Positions 24,100 through 36,522 of a DNA stretch of 43,767 bases are shown one piece after another (the first letter of the stretch is position 1; every line of letters begins with the position of its first letter). Source of the stretch: Octopus bimaculoides (taxonomy: Eukaryota); NCBI RefSeq assembly GCF_001194135.2, contig NC_068999.1:47697241-47741007 (forward strand). The letters are read 5' to 3'. The notes under the pieces are model-generated. The model had not been told where the DNA came from. It worked only from the letters and a program-made list of their open reading frames with translations, and did not search any database. The position numbers and the translations under genes were made by a program.

Positions 24100-24175
24100 T
24101 CATCATCATCGTCGTCGTTTAACGTCCGCTTTCCATGCTAGCATGGGTTGGACGATTTGACTGAGGACTGGTGGA
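24097..24175 (-). mobile_element. Family D retroposon, 3' tail only
   Basis: (CAT)n followed by tttaacgtccgctttccatgctagcatgggttggacgatttgactgaggactgg, identical to 38430-38490 over this stretch except for one base. Confidence 0.85.
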
Positions 24176-24307
24176 TCAATACACACACACATACATACTT
24201 ACAGCTATACACACATATATACACACACATACATACATACACATGCGCACACACACACACACACACACACACCTATATACATGTGTTTATATATTATGTA
24301 TATACAC

Positions 24308-24555
24308 ATCATCATCGTCGTCAGTGTTTTAAATCCGGGTTTTGGCCCTGTTAACAGGGGTGGCCGGATCTACCTCAATGCTATAGCAACCACCCTCACA
24401 CTAGCTCGCCAGGTTTTGGGCATCCTCCTTTTTCAAACCAACCCTCTCAATCTCTTCCTCCACCTGTCCCCTCCACCTTTTCCTTGGTCTACCTTGCTTT
24501 CGCGCTCCATTTGCCTCAAACACAATCACCCTCCTTAGAACATGCTCTTCATTCC
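24308..24555 (-). mobile_element. 5'-truncated RTE LINE 3' end with a (GAT)n tail
   Basis: The minus frame reads GYILRRNEEHVLRRVIVFEANGARKQGRPRKRWRGQVEEEIERVGLKKEDAQN, like the RTE motif GHVLRR...RGRP..W...DA.NR. Confidence 0.8.
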
Positions 24556-26779
24556 TCCTCAATATATCCACTTATGTGTGTGTGTTTATGAGAGGGAATA
24601 CTGATTAAGCTAGAAATACAGAGTACCTGGAACCTGACAGAGCCAGAACTAACATTTTACTAAATTACATTTTGGCATGTCGCAATTATAAGACTGTGCA
24701 AACCAATAGAATTCAAGTTCAAGAATCAGAAAGGGACCATCAAAATATGCACTCTAAATGTTTAGGCTACTGAAGCAATATTTTTCCATTAGCATAATAC
24801 GAACATGACAAATAAAATAAGTACAAGGTAAATGTTTAGTTGAAATGCTAGACTGGGCATATGCAACCTTATTCGAAAAGCAGGCTGCATGAGATGTGGC
24901 TTTTCGTCAAGTGGACTGGCTGCACTACTAAAGACAGTGAAGGTAATTTTCCATTCAGAAAGTCTCATGAGCCATAGTTTGCTAAGCTACAGCCAGAGTC
25001 ATGAATTCAAGCCTAACTATTGAGTTGTACTTCTGGTTGCTTTAGTTATTATAATCTTGTTTGTTTTAGTTTACCTGCATTACAATCAATATAACAAAAA
25101 TAATTCAGCCCATGCAATAATATTAACAAAAAAAAAAAAAAAAAGGTATGTGAATCGGTAAATGCTATATTTTCCAGCATACATGTCAAACTTTTCAGTC
25201 CAAAATTTACAGCCCTGCAAAAGTAGGTTGACTTATACACAAGACACTTTGGAGAACCAAAAGTTCTGTGTGAAATGCAGTAGGATTTGGAGAGACAGTA
25301 ACGATGTTTGAATGTTTAAACTACATGTTTATTCCATATATTAAGTTGACTTGTATGCCAGAAAATATGGTAAGATAAACGAATCTCAAAATGAAAGAAA
25401 CAGGAAACATGCAATTTAAATGGTAACTATGTAACAGAACAGTTATATATTATTTGTTCATATAATAATTATGCACCATTTAAGTACAAAACAAATGAGA
25501 TTTTTTGATTTTTGAGATGTAACTCCTCATGCAGTATTAACACAAGCAATATGAAGGTCATAAACAAATTAATGAAGTCTTATGGCCAGCTACTTTCATG
25601 TAAGAAAATGCACAAATTCTGGTTAGGGAAATAACCCAGTTTGTTAAGAATTGAAGATCATCCAGGAAGATGTTTACCAAAGTTAAGATCTGAAGCCAAT
25701 ATTTTCTACTGGTACATGGGCCACTGATATCAGAATTCAACAACAGGTTCCACGTGGAAATTCTGGAAAAGATAAGCTGTTATTCTCTTAGAATCTATAA
25801 TGAAATTTCTGGTTATAGAATCTTTAAATTGATCATTTACGAAGATGACTGATGCAGAAATTGTTAATAAATATAGAACTTAAAAATACAACAACAATAC
25901 ATATTTAGTTCAAAAAGAAAATTGCCACAAATTATACATGAATACCAATGATTTATTAGATGGGAGAGGAATGACGTGCATTTGCAGATATTAAATGGTT
26001 CTTCCTTGGTAAATAAACTAAGATATAAAACAAAGAGGCCTTATTGTAGAAGTTGTCACCTTTTTCATTGAGTAAGTCCACCAAAGTTTGTATGTCTGAT
26101 AATGTTATCTTTTTTTTTTTTTTTAGGAAAAAATATAATCAGTTAACACCACAATCCACAATAATACTCCTTTAACAGATCTACAGTGAAAAACCCCATG
26201 ATTTTTTCTATATTTTTTGATTTCATCTATTGTTGATATTTCATAAATGTCATATAACCTTCCTTAAAAAATCATTTTAGGTTGATTTTTTTGCTTCAAA
26301 CTTTATAAATTCTTTTAGTCCCCATTTTCAATCCAAATATAACATTGTTCTTGAAAAAGACTTTATGCTAGTTGGATAAGTGGTCTCAAACCTTCTTACT
26401 AAGCACCTGTATTCAATTATGTTTGGTAAATCTACTGTCTCTAGAGAATGTAGAACGAATAACTGGAATTACCATTTTGAGTTCCACATTTTTATAAACA
26501 GAAAACTAGAAGAAACCTAAAGTAAGATCAATTTGGTTTCTTCTGCAAAAATGTTAATCTATAAATAATGAGCATTGTTCAATTTTTGGATCCAATACCA
26601 AAAATACTGTTATACAGGAATTAACAAAGTTCTATTCTAAGTTACCAAAGCAGAATGGAATCAAACTACAACTATACAAATCTAAGGAATGGTTACAATT
26701 ATAAAAGTTCTTTCAAATATATTCTATGATAAAGTTTGCAAATTGTATTTCTGCTTTGCTGTTGCTATCCTCACAAACA

Positions 26780-27060
26780 TCTGTTTCTTATTCTGGGGTG
26801 GATGAAATTAGTTTAAAGCCCAACATTTTTCTATGCATTCATATCCAATATCAGTTTATCAGATCTCATTTTCCTTCACCTAATTTTACAACACAGATTT
26901 TTACAACCAACCTAAGGTACTTTTTCATGTAGTATAAATAATTGTTTTTACATTATTTGTACAATCTAGTAAGATCATCTCATCTGTACAGCATCCTTAA
27001 TGAGTTTGGCACCTAGATACTTTCTCAACTCACTTGTTATCGTGTTTTCTTGAAAAACCA
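26780..27060 (-). mobile_element. Possible highly decayed RTE-like LINE fragment
   Basis: The minus strand gives RKYLGAKL and W.*MHRKMLG in broken frames, reminiscent of RTE motifs KYLGS and EMW..RRMLG. Weak. Confidence 0.3.
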
Positions 27061-27669
27061 GTGCTGTGCATCTAACAAACTATATTCAGCAAATTGGAAT
27101 TATAGAAATGTCTGAAGCACAGCTGCTTGCAGAACAAAAATAGAATGGAAACCAAATTAAAAACGTATTGCAGCTTGTCGACCAAAACACTGTCACATGA
27201 CAGCATCTTTTACCTATTTGCAAGTGAACACACACACATTTACAAATAGACACCCGTTTTTAATTGCTAGTCTTTAGAAAACAAACAATTCTCATCACCT
27301 ACCTACCATCTCTTATACTGGAGTTTCAGAATGACACAAAGTGTTTGAGATTAGGGGTGTCATTTAAATTTCTTAACAATAGTTAGGTAGAACTTATGAA
27401 TAAAAGAGTTCCCAAAGTGTTCTGTTATAATCAGAAAGTATTAAACAAAAGCATTACGTATGTTGTCTTTGCAGGGAGACAAACACAAGTAATAAGGACA
27501 AATGGAATAAGTGCATCAAATGATTTTCAGTAACTCCTTCCTAAAATTGTAACAGGGATAGAAAATGCTGGAGAAAACATTTTGATGAGACATTACTAGT
27601 ACTTTAAAAAAATGTCCTTTTTCTCTTTTTGCTGAATCTTGAAGAAGGAGCAGTACCCATTGTCTTTAC

Positions 27670-29200
27670 AGGCTCTGAGACCAATGAGGTTGATGCCACT
27701 AATATCATTCATGAACCATTGCAAATATCAACACCTGCAGGATGTAGATGAGCAGGGAGGAAGTGCCAGAGAGCTGATGTTCTGGGAAGAAAGGACTTAG
27801 TACAGTTATCAGGGCAGGTTGAGAGGTTCAATACAATAAAGGAGATAAGAGGAGCAGAGATAAGAGGGTCAGAATACTTGACTAGAGGCTGCATGAACCC
27901 ACTAGCTCTAAGAAGTAGGGACCATCAGAGTAGTAGTAGTAGAAAAGGTAAAGGGGAAATGGTGCACCTGTTAGACAGCAAGTGGAGAATGTTTTTGAAG
28001 GACTTTATGGTAGTCAGTTGGGTGACCCTTTTCAAGATGCAGACAAGGATATCTTTGTGTGCAGCAGTAACATCATCTCAGATTGAGAGCAATTTTCTGT
28101 TATGGGCCTCACTCGACCTTTGTAGAATCAAACAATAAGTTGGGGACTGTGTATCTTCTGGTCATGAAGAGAAGGGACAGTCATTGGGATACAATCTTAG
28201 CTATGTTGACGACCTGCGTTTGAGGTCCTTTATGATAGTGAGGCTCAACATTTGGGCTGATTGTGAGAGCCTCTAGTTGCATGCTGCTCATATTTAGAGG
28301 TGGTGGGAAGATGAGGTTTTCTTGATACGAGTAGCATTTGTGATTTTTGAGGCTTAAAGAGACAAGATTGGCACATCCTGACTGGAAGATGTTTTTGAGG
28401 TTTCTGCTTATAGAATCGGTGTCAGTTTAGCATGTAGTGTCCATGTTGTGTGTTGATGATGCTTAGTTAGGGAGGTTAAAGAAGGCTAGCATCATCTGCA
28501 TGAGAGAGGGCACTGTATAGTGTAATTGTAAGGATGTCATTGATGTATAAAAGGAAGAAAATGGCAAAAAAAAAAAAAAAAATCTTGAGGCATGGTAAAA
28601 TTAATAGAGTGATGAACAGACAGCTCTGTCAACATATATTTTGACAGGACAGAATAGTTTGATCTGATAGGAAGCTACCAGATGAGAAATGGGTGGTGTC
28701 CATAGGCAGGCAGTTTTGATGGACAATTCACATGTCAGACATGGTCGAAAGCTTTGCTGATGTCAAAACTGATAACATTGCTTTCATCAAATTTCTCTAA
28801 GATGAGATTTCAATGGAGGTGATTAAGAAAAGTAACCAATGGATGTGGTTTTATGGAAATTGTACACAAGGTGGTCATTAAGGGGAGGAGAGAGAGAGAA
28901 AGAGCAGGAGAGAGTGTGTTGGAAAACATTGAATGGTTGTCTCCCTTACCATCGAGATATTAAAAGTAAATGTGATAGGACAATAAGCCAGCAGAGTTCA
29001 AAAGGTTTGTTTTACTTGGGAATTGTACACACTGTAGTGTGTTTCCAATGATCAGGGTAGAAATTGAAGAGTTTGGTAAGTATAGGAGCTGACAGTGGAG
29101 CATGAGGGGAATGGAAGGGACAATGTCAGGGGTGGTGGCCTTGTTGGTTTCAAGTGTGAAAATAAAAATTGTTCTTTTAATGTGGATGGTTGTTATTGGT
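27670..29200 (-). mobile_element. Decayed CR1/L2-like LINE (reverse transcriptase and C-terminus)
   Basis: The minus strand gives VISFDISKAFDHV (about 28765-28741), FFLLYINDI...HADD (about 28560-28490) and KSFLPRTSALWHFLP (about 27800-27750). Many stops. Confidence 0.88.
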
Positions 29201-30124
29201 TGTAAGCCACATATGTGCATGCACATTTAACATGCATGCAAACACACACATATCAACTGCTCAGGATGATAACCCTGGGAACTTCTACATGTTAATGGTG
29301 TAGTTACCAATGCAGAATATGTTAAAAAGCTTCATAAAATATTCTACATCAGGAAGTAATAGTTTAGAGTTCAAAGATCTATGGATCAACAAAACAAAGA
29401 CTAAAATACTATAATTAGTAGAAGGTAGAGCACAAAATCCCAGTGCCATCTCAGAAGTGGTTTTTGTTTGACATGGAGGAAGAGAATAGTTAGAAACTTG
29501 ATTCCGGATACTCAGAGCAAACAAGAAGTGCACAAAAGACATAGTACGATTTTAGACAGATTGAAGAACTTAAACATGGTAAATTTACCGGAATAATTAG
29601 CTGTAAAGACAGCCATGAACTAAAGTGATCAAAAGTGAATGATGGACCGATGAAAGGGATATCTGTATGGTTGATCACCTTATAGAAATAACAGCTTAAT
29701 CTCCTTCAAACCACAATGTCAGAATACACTATGTTGGAAAGACAGGATGGTCATGGTTGGAATACCTTTAATCGTGGGTCTGCTTGATAAGAGCTAACTT
29801 AAAGGTAAACAAGAAGGTGAGGTGAGGTGGTGGGGAAGTTCAGTTAACTGTTGCTTTTATTTGCAAAGACAGTTTCTCTTTTCACATAAAAAAAAAAGGT
29901 CGATTCAACCAGTCAACAATATTCATCTTGTATCAGTGGTGAAATTAACCTTCCTTAATTTGGGGTCACTGATGACAAAAATCATACTTGTTTTTGAAAA
30001 TAAGCTAAAGTTTTGGAGTTAGAGTTGTGCCCCTTCTCAATTTTTCAATCCTCAAGTGACGATAGAGAATATTAATGCTATCATATTTTTTTTGTTTTTT
30101 TACTTTCTTCTACAGACCTGAATT

Positions 30125-30300
30125 TCTTGGGGAGTGTGGGGAGGGGGCGGGCTAGCTGATCATATCAACTCCAGTGTTCAAATGGTACTTATTTTATTGA
30201 CTCAGAAAGGATGATAAGCAAAGTCGACCTGAACTCAGAATGTAAGGCTGGAAGAAATGACGCTAACCATTTTGTCTGGACAAGTAACAAAACTGTCAGT
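30125..30300 (-). mobile_element. Family C SINE, diverged copy
   Basis: tggtacttattttattgactcagaaaggatgataagcaaagtcgacc...gaactcagaatgt. Confidence 0.75.
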
Positions 30301-30624
30301 TTGCCACCATTATGTCATCATGTATTACAAATACTGCATCACCCCCCCCCCCAATTCCAGAGACCCACCTACACACACTTTCCACATACATATGCCCTGT
30401 CTTCAGATTCACAAAGAGAGAAGCATGAAGATTCTAAGACTTGTGATGCAAAATTTTTAAATGAATCTATACAACCCCTAAGTTGCTGAGGATGAATTAA
30501 ATACCCTTTTAGGGGATCTAGATCTGTCAAACATGAAGGCACAGTTTCTTGGTTCAAGGATGAAACAATGTAACTCACTAATAGTGACAGTACTTTGTTT
30601 TCATCATCATCATCAACAACAACA

Positions 30625-30946
30625 ATATAGTTGAACTGTTGTCCTCATCTTGATTGTCGCTTTCATTACATTTCGGCTGTTATACACTCCAGCCTTCTTC
30701 AGGTGTTTTGTGTTGAACTCTGTTGTCGTATCAGAATTTCAACCCTAACCCTTTATGTGATCCATAGAGATACACTAGTACAATATTCCCATTCCACTCG
30801 CTGAGTTTCAAGACGTTTTTTGTTGTATCAAAATTCCAATACAACAACCAAGTTCAACGCAAGAGACCTGAAGAAGGCTGGAGCATGCAACAGCTAAAAT
30901 GTAGAGAAAGTAACAATCAAGATGAGAACATCAGTCCGACTAATAT
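30625..30946. mobile_element. Inverted pair of Penelope-like terminal repeats carrying degenerate hammerhead motifs
   Basis: The arms at about 30625-30740 and 30832-30946 are reverse complements. Each contains CTGAAGA-A-GGCTG...CAGC(C/T)-(G/A)AAA-TG-TA, the minimal hammerhead layout known from Penelope-like elements. Confidence 0.7.
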
Positions 30947-30999
30947 AAACAGTATACATAACGTAAGTTCCTCATCTCAGAAATACAAATTTGTAACAA

Positions 31000-31390
31000 C
31001 AACAACGTCATCATCATCAGCATCATTTTAACATCCAGTTTTCCATGCTTGTATGGGTTAGATGGAATTAATTGGGGTAGATTTTCTGCAGCCAGATGCC
31101 TGCCCTGTTACCCACCTTTGCCTATTTCCAAGTAATATTTCCCCATGGCTGGACATGCTTTCGTGAAATGTTGAAAACAAACACCGCTTGTTTACAACTG
31201 TTGCAGAATATCAAGACAAGGAAGCACAAACACACACAACAGGCTTCTTTTAATTTCCATCTATCAAATTCACTCACAAGGCTTCAGTTGGCCAGAGGCT
31301 ATAGCAGACGACACTAACCCAAGGTGCCATATAATGGGACTGAACTTGAAATCACATTGTTAGGAAATGAGCTTCTTAAGCACACAGCTG
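31000..31390 (-). mobile_element. SINE with family B head and family D-type (GAT)n tail
   Basis: A (CAT)n tail, then ttttccatgcttgtatggg, through caaggtgccat...gggactgaac...gagcttctta. Confidence 0.8.
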
Positions 31391-31654
31391 CATTTGCACC
31401 TACAAGGGCTTTTCACTTTTCTTTATAAAAGACTTTCATGCAATGACATCAATGGTCTCATGGAAATCCCCAACATCGAGCACAATCCTTCAAAATGGAG
31501 GCAAATCAAAGACTCTTCAAAACTTAACTTCAAAGCAGTTTTAGGATACATTGGTAATTTGTTGCCATGGATTCCTGTAAGATATTCAATCAATTTGAGA
31601 GAAATGGATGATGCTGTTTAGCAACCTTTGGTATCTATAAATTAAAATGATTAG

Positions 31655-31815
31655 GCAGAGCTGTGGCTAGGTGTTTGAGAAATTTGTTTCCTAAACACAT
31701 GGATTTGGGTTCAGTCCCACTGTGTTACACCTTGGGCACTTGCCTTCTACTATAACCCTGAGCTGACCAAAGCCTTGTGAGTAGATTTTGATAGATGGAA
31801 GCTGAAAGAAGCCCA

Positions 31816-31871
<56 letters not shown>

Positions 31872-32106
31872 TGTGTGTCTTCTTGTTTGGATGTCGCATG
31901 ATAGTCATAGAATGATTGTCACTGTCATACAAGCAATGTCATTCATTTCTATTATTCTGCAAAATCACGCCTGAACATGGAGAAATATTACCTTACTTGG
32001 TGAGGGTTGGTAACAGGAAGGGCATCCAGCTGTAAAAAATCTGCCTCAATAAAATCAGTCTGATCCAAGCAAGCATAGAAAAGAGAATGTTAAAATAATG
32101 ATGATG
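31655..32106 (+). mobile_element. SINE with family B head and family D-type (GAT)n tail, inserted in the fossil transposase
   Basis: gggttcagtcccactg...gaaagaagccc, (TG)n, ...ggaagggcatccagctgtaaaaaatctgcc...atgatgatga. Confidence 0.85.
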
Positions 32107-32425
32107 ACCAATGGTAAATTTATAAGGATTTGAAAGTTGTGGGCTTTTTATGCTTGGACTGTAACCTAGTTATACAAAATATCATTGCCCTTTTTTATGT
32201 GAATAGGACAGCTACACTAGGGCTTCACATTAAACCCTGAAAGACTGCCTAAAAGAAAATATCTTTTTAGAACACTGCTTGTTGAACCTGAAATAAAAAA
32301 ATAATCTCACCACCTTTACATAATAAACTTAGACTAATGAAAAATTTTGCAAAAGCTGTGGACCAAACAGGACCAACCTTCCTATATCTGAAAGACAAAT
32401 TTCCAGTAATTAGTGAGACAAAAAT

Positions 32426-33216
32426 TCTTCCTACTATAGGTGCAAGGACTGAAATTTGGAGAGAAGGGGCTGGTCAATTACATCAACCCCAGTACTCAAC
32501 TGGTACTTATTTTATCGACCCTGAAAGGATGACAAGTCAAGTCAACCATGACAGCATTTGAACTCAGAATGTAATAATAACAGTCCATTCTATTATAGAT
32601 ACAAGGCCTAAGATTTTGTCAATTGCTTCAACACTACTGCTCAACTGATACTAATTTCATTGACCTCGGAAGGTTAAAAGGCAGAGATGACCTAGGTGGG
32701 ATTTGAACTCAGAACGTAAAGCCATAAGAAATGATGTGAAGCATTTTGTTCATTGTTAACATTTCTTATTTCTTTATTGCCCACAAGGGGCCAAACATAG
32801 AGGGGACAAACAAGGACAGACAAAAGGATTAAGTCAATTACATCGACCCCAGTGCGTAACTGGTATTTAATTTATCGACCCCGAAAGGATGAAAGGCAAA
32901 GCCGATCTTGGCGGAATTTGAACTCAAAATGTAACGGCAGACGAAATACCGCTAAGCATTTCGCCTGGCGTGCTAACATTTCTTATTTCTTTATTGCCCA
33001 CAAGGAGCTAAACATAGAGGGGACAAACAAGGACAGACAAAGGGATTAAGTCGATTACATCGACCCCAGTGCGTAACTGGTACTTAATTTATCGACCCCG
33101 AAAGGATGAAAGGCAAAGTCAACCTCGGCGGAATTTGAACTCAGAACGTAACAGCAGACGAAATACCGCTAAGCATTTCACCCGGTGTGCTAACGGTTCT
33201 GCCAGCTCACTGCCTA
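32426..33216 (-). mobile_element. Array of four co-oriented family C SINEs within one target site duplication
   Basis: Copies start at about 32426, 32590, 32761 and 32979. agacaaaaat occurs at 32416-32425 and 33217-33226. Confidence 0.88.
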
Positions 33217-33659
33217 AGACAAAAATGGAGTGTTTGTCATCCCTGACATTCACAGATTTCTTCTTTGAGATGATGCATTTGATAGCTTGGAATGCAGAGA
33301 AAATTAACAGAGGAAGCTTTCAAAATGCTCATAGACAATTCTCTTTGAAATAAATGAACAGAAAATTAAGAAACTTTGTTGGAAAACCTACTTCAAGACT
33401 ACTAAAAACTAGGGTGCAACATGTCCCCTGAACATACACATTCTTTATTCTTTTCTTTCCTCTTTAAAAGCCGTGAGGAAGTAAGGTGGTGAGTAAAGGT
33501 GAAAGTTTTCTTTTTTCCCCAGACACAGCTACTATGGAAATATTTATTCAGTGGATACCACTGACATTAGCAAACTATTGCTGAACTGTACATACGAGTG
33601 CTCCTGACAATATTTACTGTAGACAAGCAAAATATCTGTGATAGTGAATGGTAAGATGC

Positions 33660-33870
33660 TCCTTCCTGTGTCATTTAGACTCATAAGGTTGGTTTCCTAC
33701 ATTCTCTGGAGTATATTACTCACCCACTGGACGGGACACCAGTCCATTGCAGAATTACTCATTTTTACTAGCTGAATGAATTGGGGCAGTATGAAATAAA
33801 GTGTTTTGCTCAAGAACATAATGCATTACCTTGTCCAGGAATCAATACCACAAAGCTACACACCTTCACC
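33660..33870 (-). mobile_element. Family A-related SINE, partial
   Basis: actcatttttactagctga...gaaataaagtgttttgctcaagaacataatgc matches 6415-6490. Confidence 0.7.
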
Positions 33871-34083
33871 AGTAAATGATAAGATCTTTATCAAAATCTA
33901 CATATAGTCATGTATTTGTATCAGCTACAAGGCACCTTGGGTAAGCACCTTCTGCTATAGCCCAAGGCTCATCAAAATGTTGCATTTGGGAGAAAGAAAC
34001 TGTAAGAATTTTGTTGTGTCTAGGGAGAGTCATTTATGCCAGCATTATTAACACCAGACACAAAAGTGAAACCAAGAAGCTTG

Positions 34084-34200
<117 letters not shown>

Positions 34201-34409
34201 ACTGTCATACAAGTGGTATCATTTGCTTACAATATTCTACAAAAACATGTCAAGTCATGGCAAAATATTACCTTACTCGGCAACAAGTGATGGATGGGTG
34301 ACAAGAAAGGCATCTGGCTGTAGAAAATCTACCTCAACAGATTCCGTCTGACCCATGCAAGCATGCAAAAGCGGACGTAATGATGATGATGATGATAACA
34401 TGAGGCCCA

Positions 34410-34870
34410 ATACTGCACCACTTCATCCAAACTATTTCTTACACTTCCTCTATTATGAAGATCTTCTACCATCCACTCACAGCACCTTTTCACCCCATAC
34501 CCTGTATTTATTATTCATTCGCTTTACATAACTAAGCTAGCAACTCTATTTCCTGTACTCTATTGCCAATACTTTCGATACCGAGACACTTTCACACCTC
34601 ACTTATATTTGACCTTTCTCCGGAATTAGCATTTGATGCATCATATTTAATTCCTCAACTCATGGTAGAATTCATTGCCCACGTTTCCTTGCCAACCACT
34701 TTACATTTCTTGCATTATTCTTCAAGTAGACTGCTTTTCACACAAGGTTCATTTCCAAGAGCAACAATTGTTCTCCAAACTCATTTCATTCTCCAGCATA
34801 TATTCTTGCAACTCACAGATATAAAGAAATTTGTGTTGACTTGATCTTCCAAGTTTCATCTAATGTCTTA
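34410..34870 (-). mobile_element. Decayed RTE LINE fragment
   Basis: The minus strand gives CVKSSLL and ETWAMN in broken frames, resembling the RTE motif CVRSVLLYGSETWAM. Confidence 0.5.
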
Positions 34871-35839
34871 ATCAATTAAAAATTTTTTGGAATTCAAAGA
34901 CAAATAACATCTTCATCCACCCATCTCTCCATCCTCTCTCAGCTCAATATTCCTGGCAGGGCCGTGAGAATAGAGTCCTTAGGCATTTCTCATTTGGTCA
35001 CATTCCCATGACAATATCCTTGTCAGCCTATGAACTTTTCGGTTGACCCTCGTATATAAATACGTATGGGTTTCCATCAGTTTCAACGATGATTATTCAG
35101 TTGTTTAATCAGTTGCATTACCTACTCACTGAGTTAGCTTGTAAGTGGTTGAGTATTCCACAGACTTCAGTAACTTTAATGTAGTTATCAAAACAAGTCA
35201 GTGCATGATAAGGTTGTACCTTTGAATTGCAGGTATAAGCCATCTTATAGGCTTCTACATAGTTTCCATCTTTAATTATAAAACAATTAAACTTTACAAC
35301 AAACTTGCAGTTGCTTTGCCCTTAATTCATCCCTGCTGGTGATTAGGGGATGAATTGTTTCCCTTCAACGAATAAATTGCCTCCCTTTACTAACAACTGA
35401 TAAACGCGCAGATAAGATCCCCTTATTCCCCCCCCCCCCACATCACATACTCACAGAGTACAGTAAAAATACAGCAAAAAAACAACCCTCTCTGACCCAT
35501 AACATCCCAAATAAATACAAATACACGTAAAACAGCTACCAAATAAATAGCTCTGTCAAAAAATATACTCCAGAGAATTACANNNNNNNNNNNNNNNNNN
35601 NNNNNNNNNNNNNNNNNNNNNNNNNNNNNNNNNNNNNNNNNNNNNNNNNNNNNNNNNNNNNNNNNNNNNNNNNNNNNNNNNNNNNNNNNNNNNNNNNNNN
35701 NNNNNNNNNNNNNNNNNNNNNNNNNNNNNNNNNNNNNNNNNNNNNNNNNNNNNNNNNNNNNGCTGGAGAAAGCCTTGCATAATTATATTAGATAAGTGTA
35801 CAAACGTCTAAAAGTACAGGCTACATGTGATGCCAGTAG

Positions 35840-36045
35840 AAATTATTGATTTCAAACTTTGACACAAGGCCAGTAATTCCGGGGAAGAGAGTAAATCGGT
35901 TACACCGACTCCAGTGTTTTACTGGTACTTATTTTATTGACCCTGAAAGGATGAAAAGCAAAGCTGACCTTGGCGGAATTTGAACTCAGACCATAAAGAC
36001 GGATGAAATGCTGGTAAACATTTTGCCTGGCATGCCACCTTAAAT
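35840..36045 (-). mobile_element. Family C SINE copy
   Basis: actggtacttattttattgaccctgaaaggatgaaaagcaaagctgaccttggcggaatttgaactcaga. Confidence 0.85.
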
Positions 36046-36522
36046 GGCAGGAGAAATTAAAAAAAAAAAAAAAAAAAACTACTCGTAACCTGCATGATTG
36101 AATACCTTTTTAAATGCGAGGTTGAATGTCTAGGCATATCTTATGTATTGGAATTCTGTGTAAAATTTCTGTTGAAACTATATTTTATTAAACAAAGAAA
36201 AGTGAAAATCTTTTACCTGAATGCCAGACTTGGCAAAATATAGCTCTCATACAGTTCTATATTTAAGAGATGAGGAATTATGCACCTTATTTACATTATT
36301 TACATTTGATAGATATTTGTCCTCATCTTGTTTGTTGTTAAGACAACGTTTCGGCTGTATTGAAGACTGTTGAGCCTTACAAAGGGGATAATGAAGGCCC
36401 CTTGCTGCATTCCAGAAGACTCGTCCACCACAGCAGGATAGATATCCTAAAACCACCTGGATAATGCTAGTCCATGAGGGGCTCCTTCACCTGCTCACCT
36501 TTTCCCCACACACTTCTCTATC

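Larger units (their letters stand above)
31395..33450 (+). mobile_element. Fossil DNA-transposon transposase in three pieces (31395-31650, 32107-32425, 33217-33450), tentatively CMC/Chapaev3-like
   Basis: Collinear motifs: KWRQIKDSSKLNFKAVLGYIGN..PWIPV; DLKVV..YTKYHCPFLCE*DS; PPLH.KL.LMKNFAKAVDQTGPTFLYLKDKFPVISETKI; GVFV.P.I; EAFKMLIDN; DY*KLGCNMS..IH. These match a widespread transposase family (EWRLFIDSSK.SLKAVLLHNGN...LPPLHIKLGLMKNFVKA...LGCNMSLKIH). The superfamily label is from memory and uncertain. Confidence 0.75.

Noticed and set aside
25510-25800. Coding-like stretch with short open segments
   Set aside because: Stops occur in all three plus frames and no motif is recognisable. It may be a decayed element, but I cannot assign it.
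31367-31621. 84-aa ORF as a host gene exon
   Set aside because: It is a piece of the fossil transposase, with its start inside a SINE.
32761-33214. Tandem near-identical units that could suggest a CRISPR-like or programmed repeat array
   Set aside because: The units are about 220-bp tRNA-derived SINEs with no spacers and no cas-like genes, in eukaryotic context.
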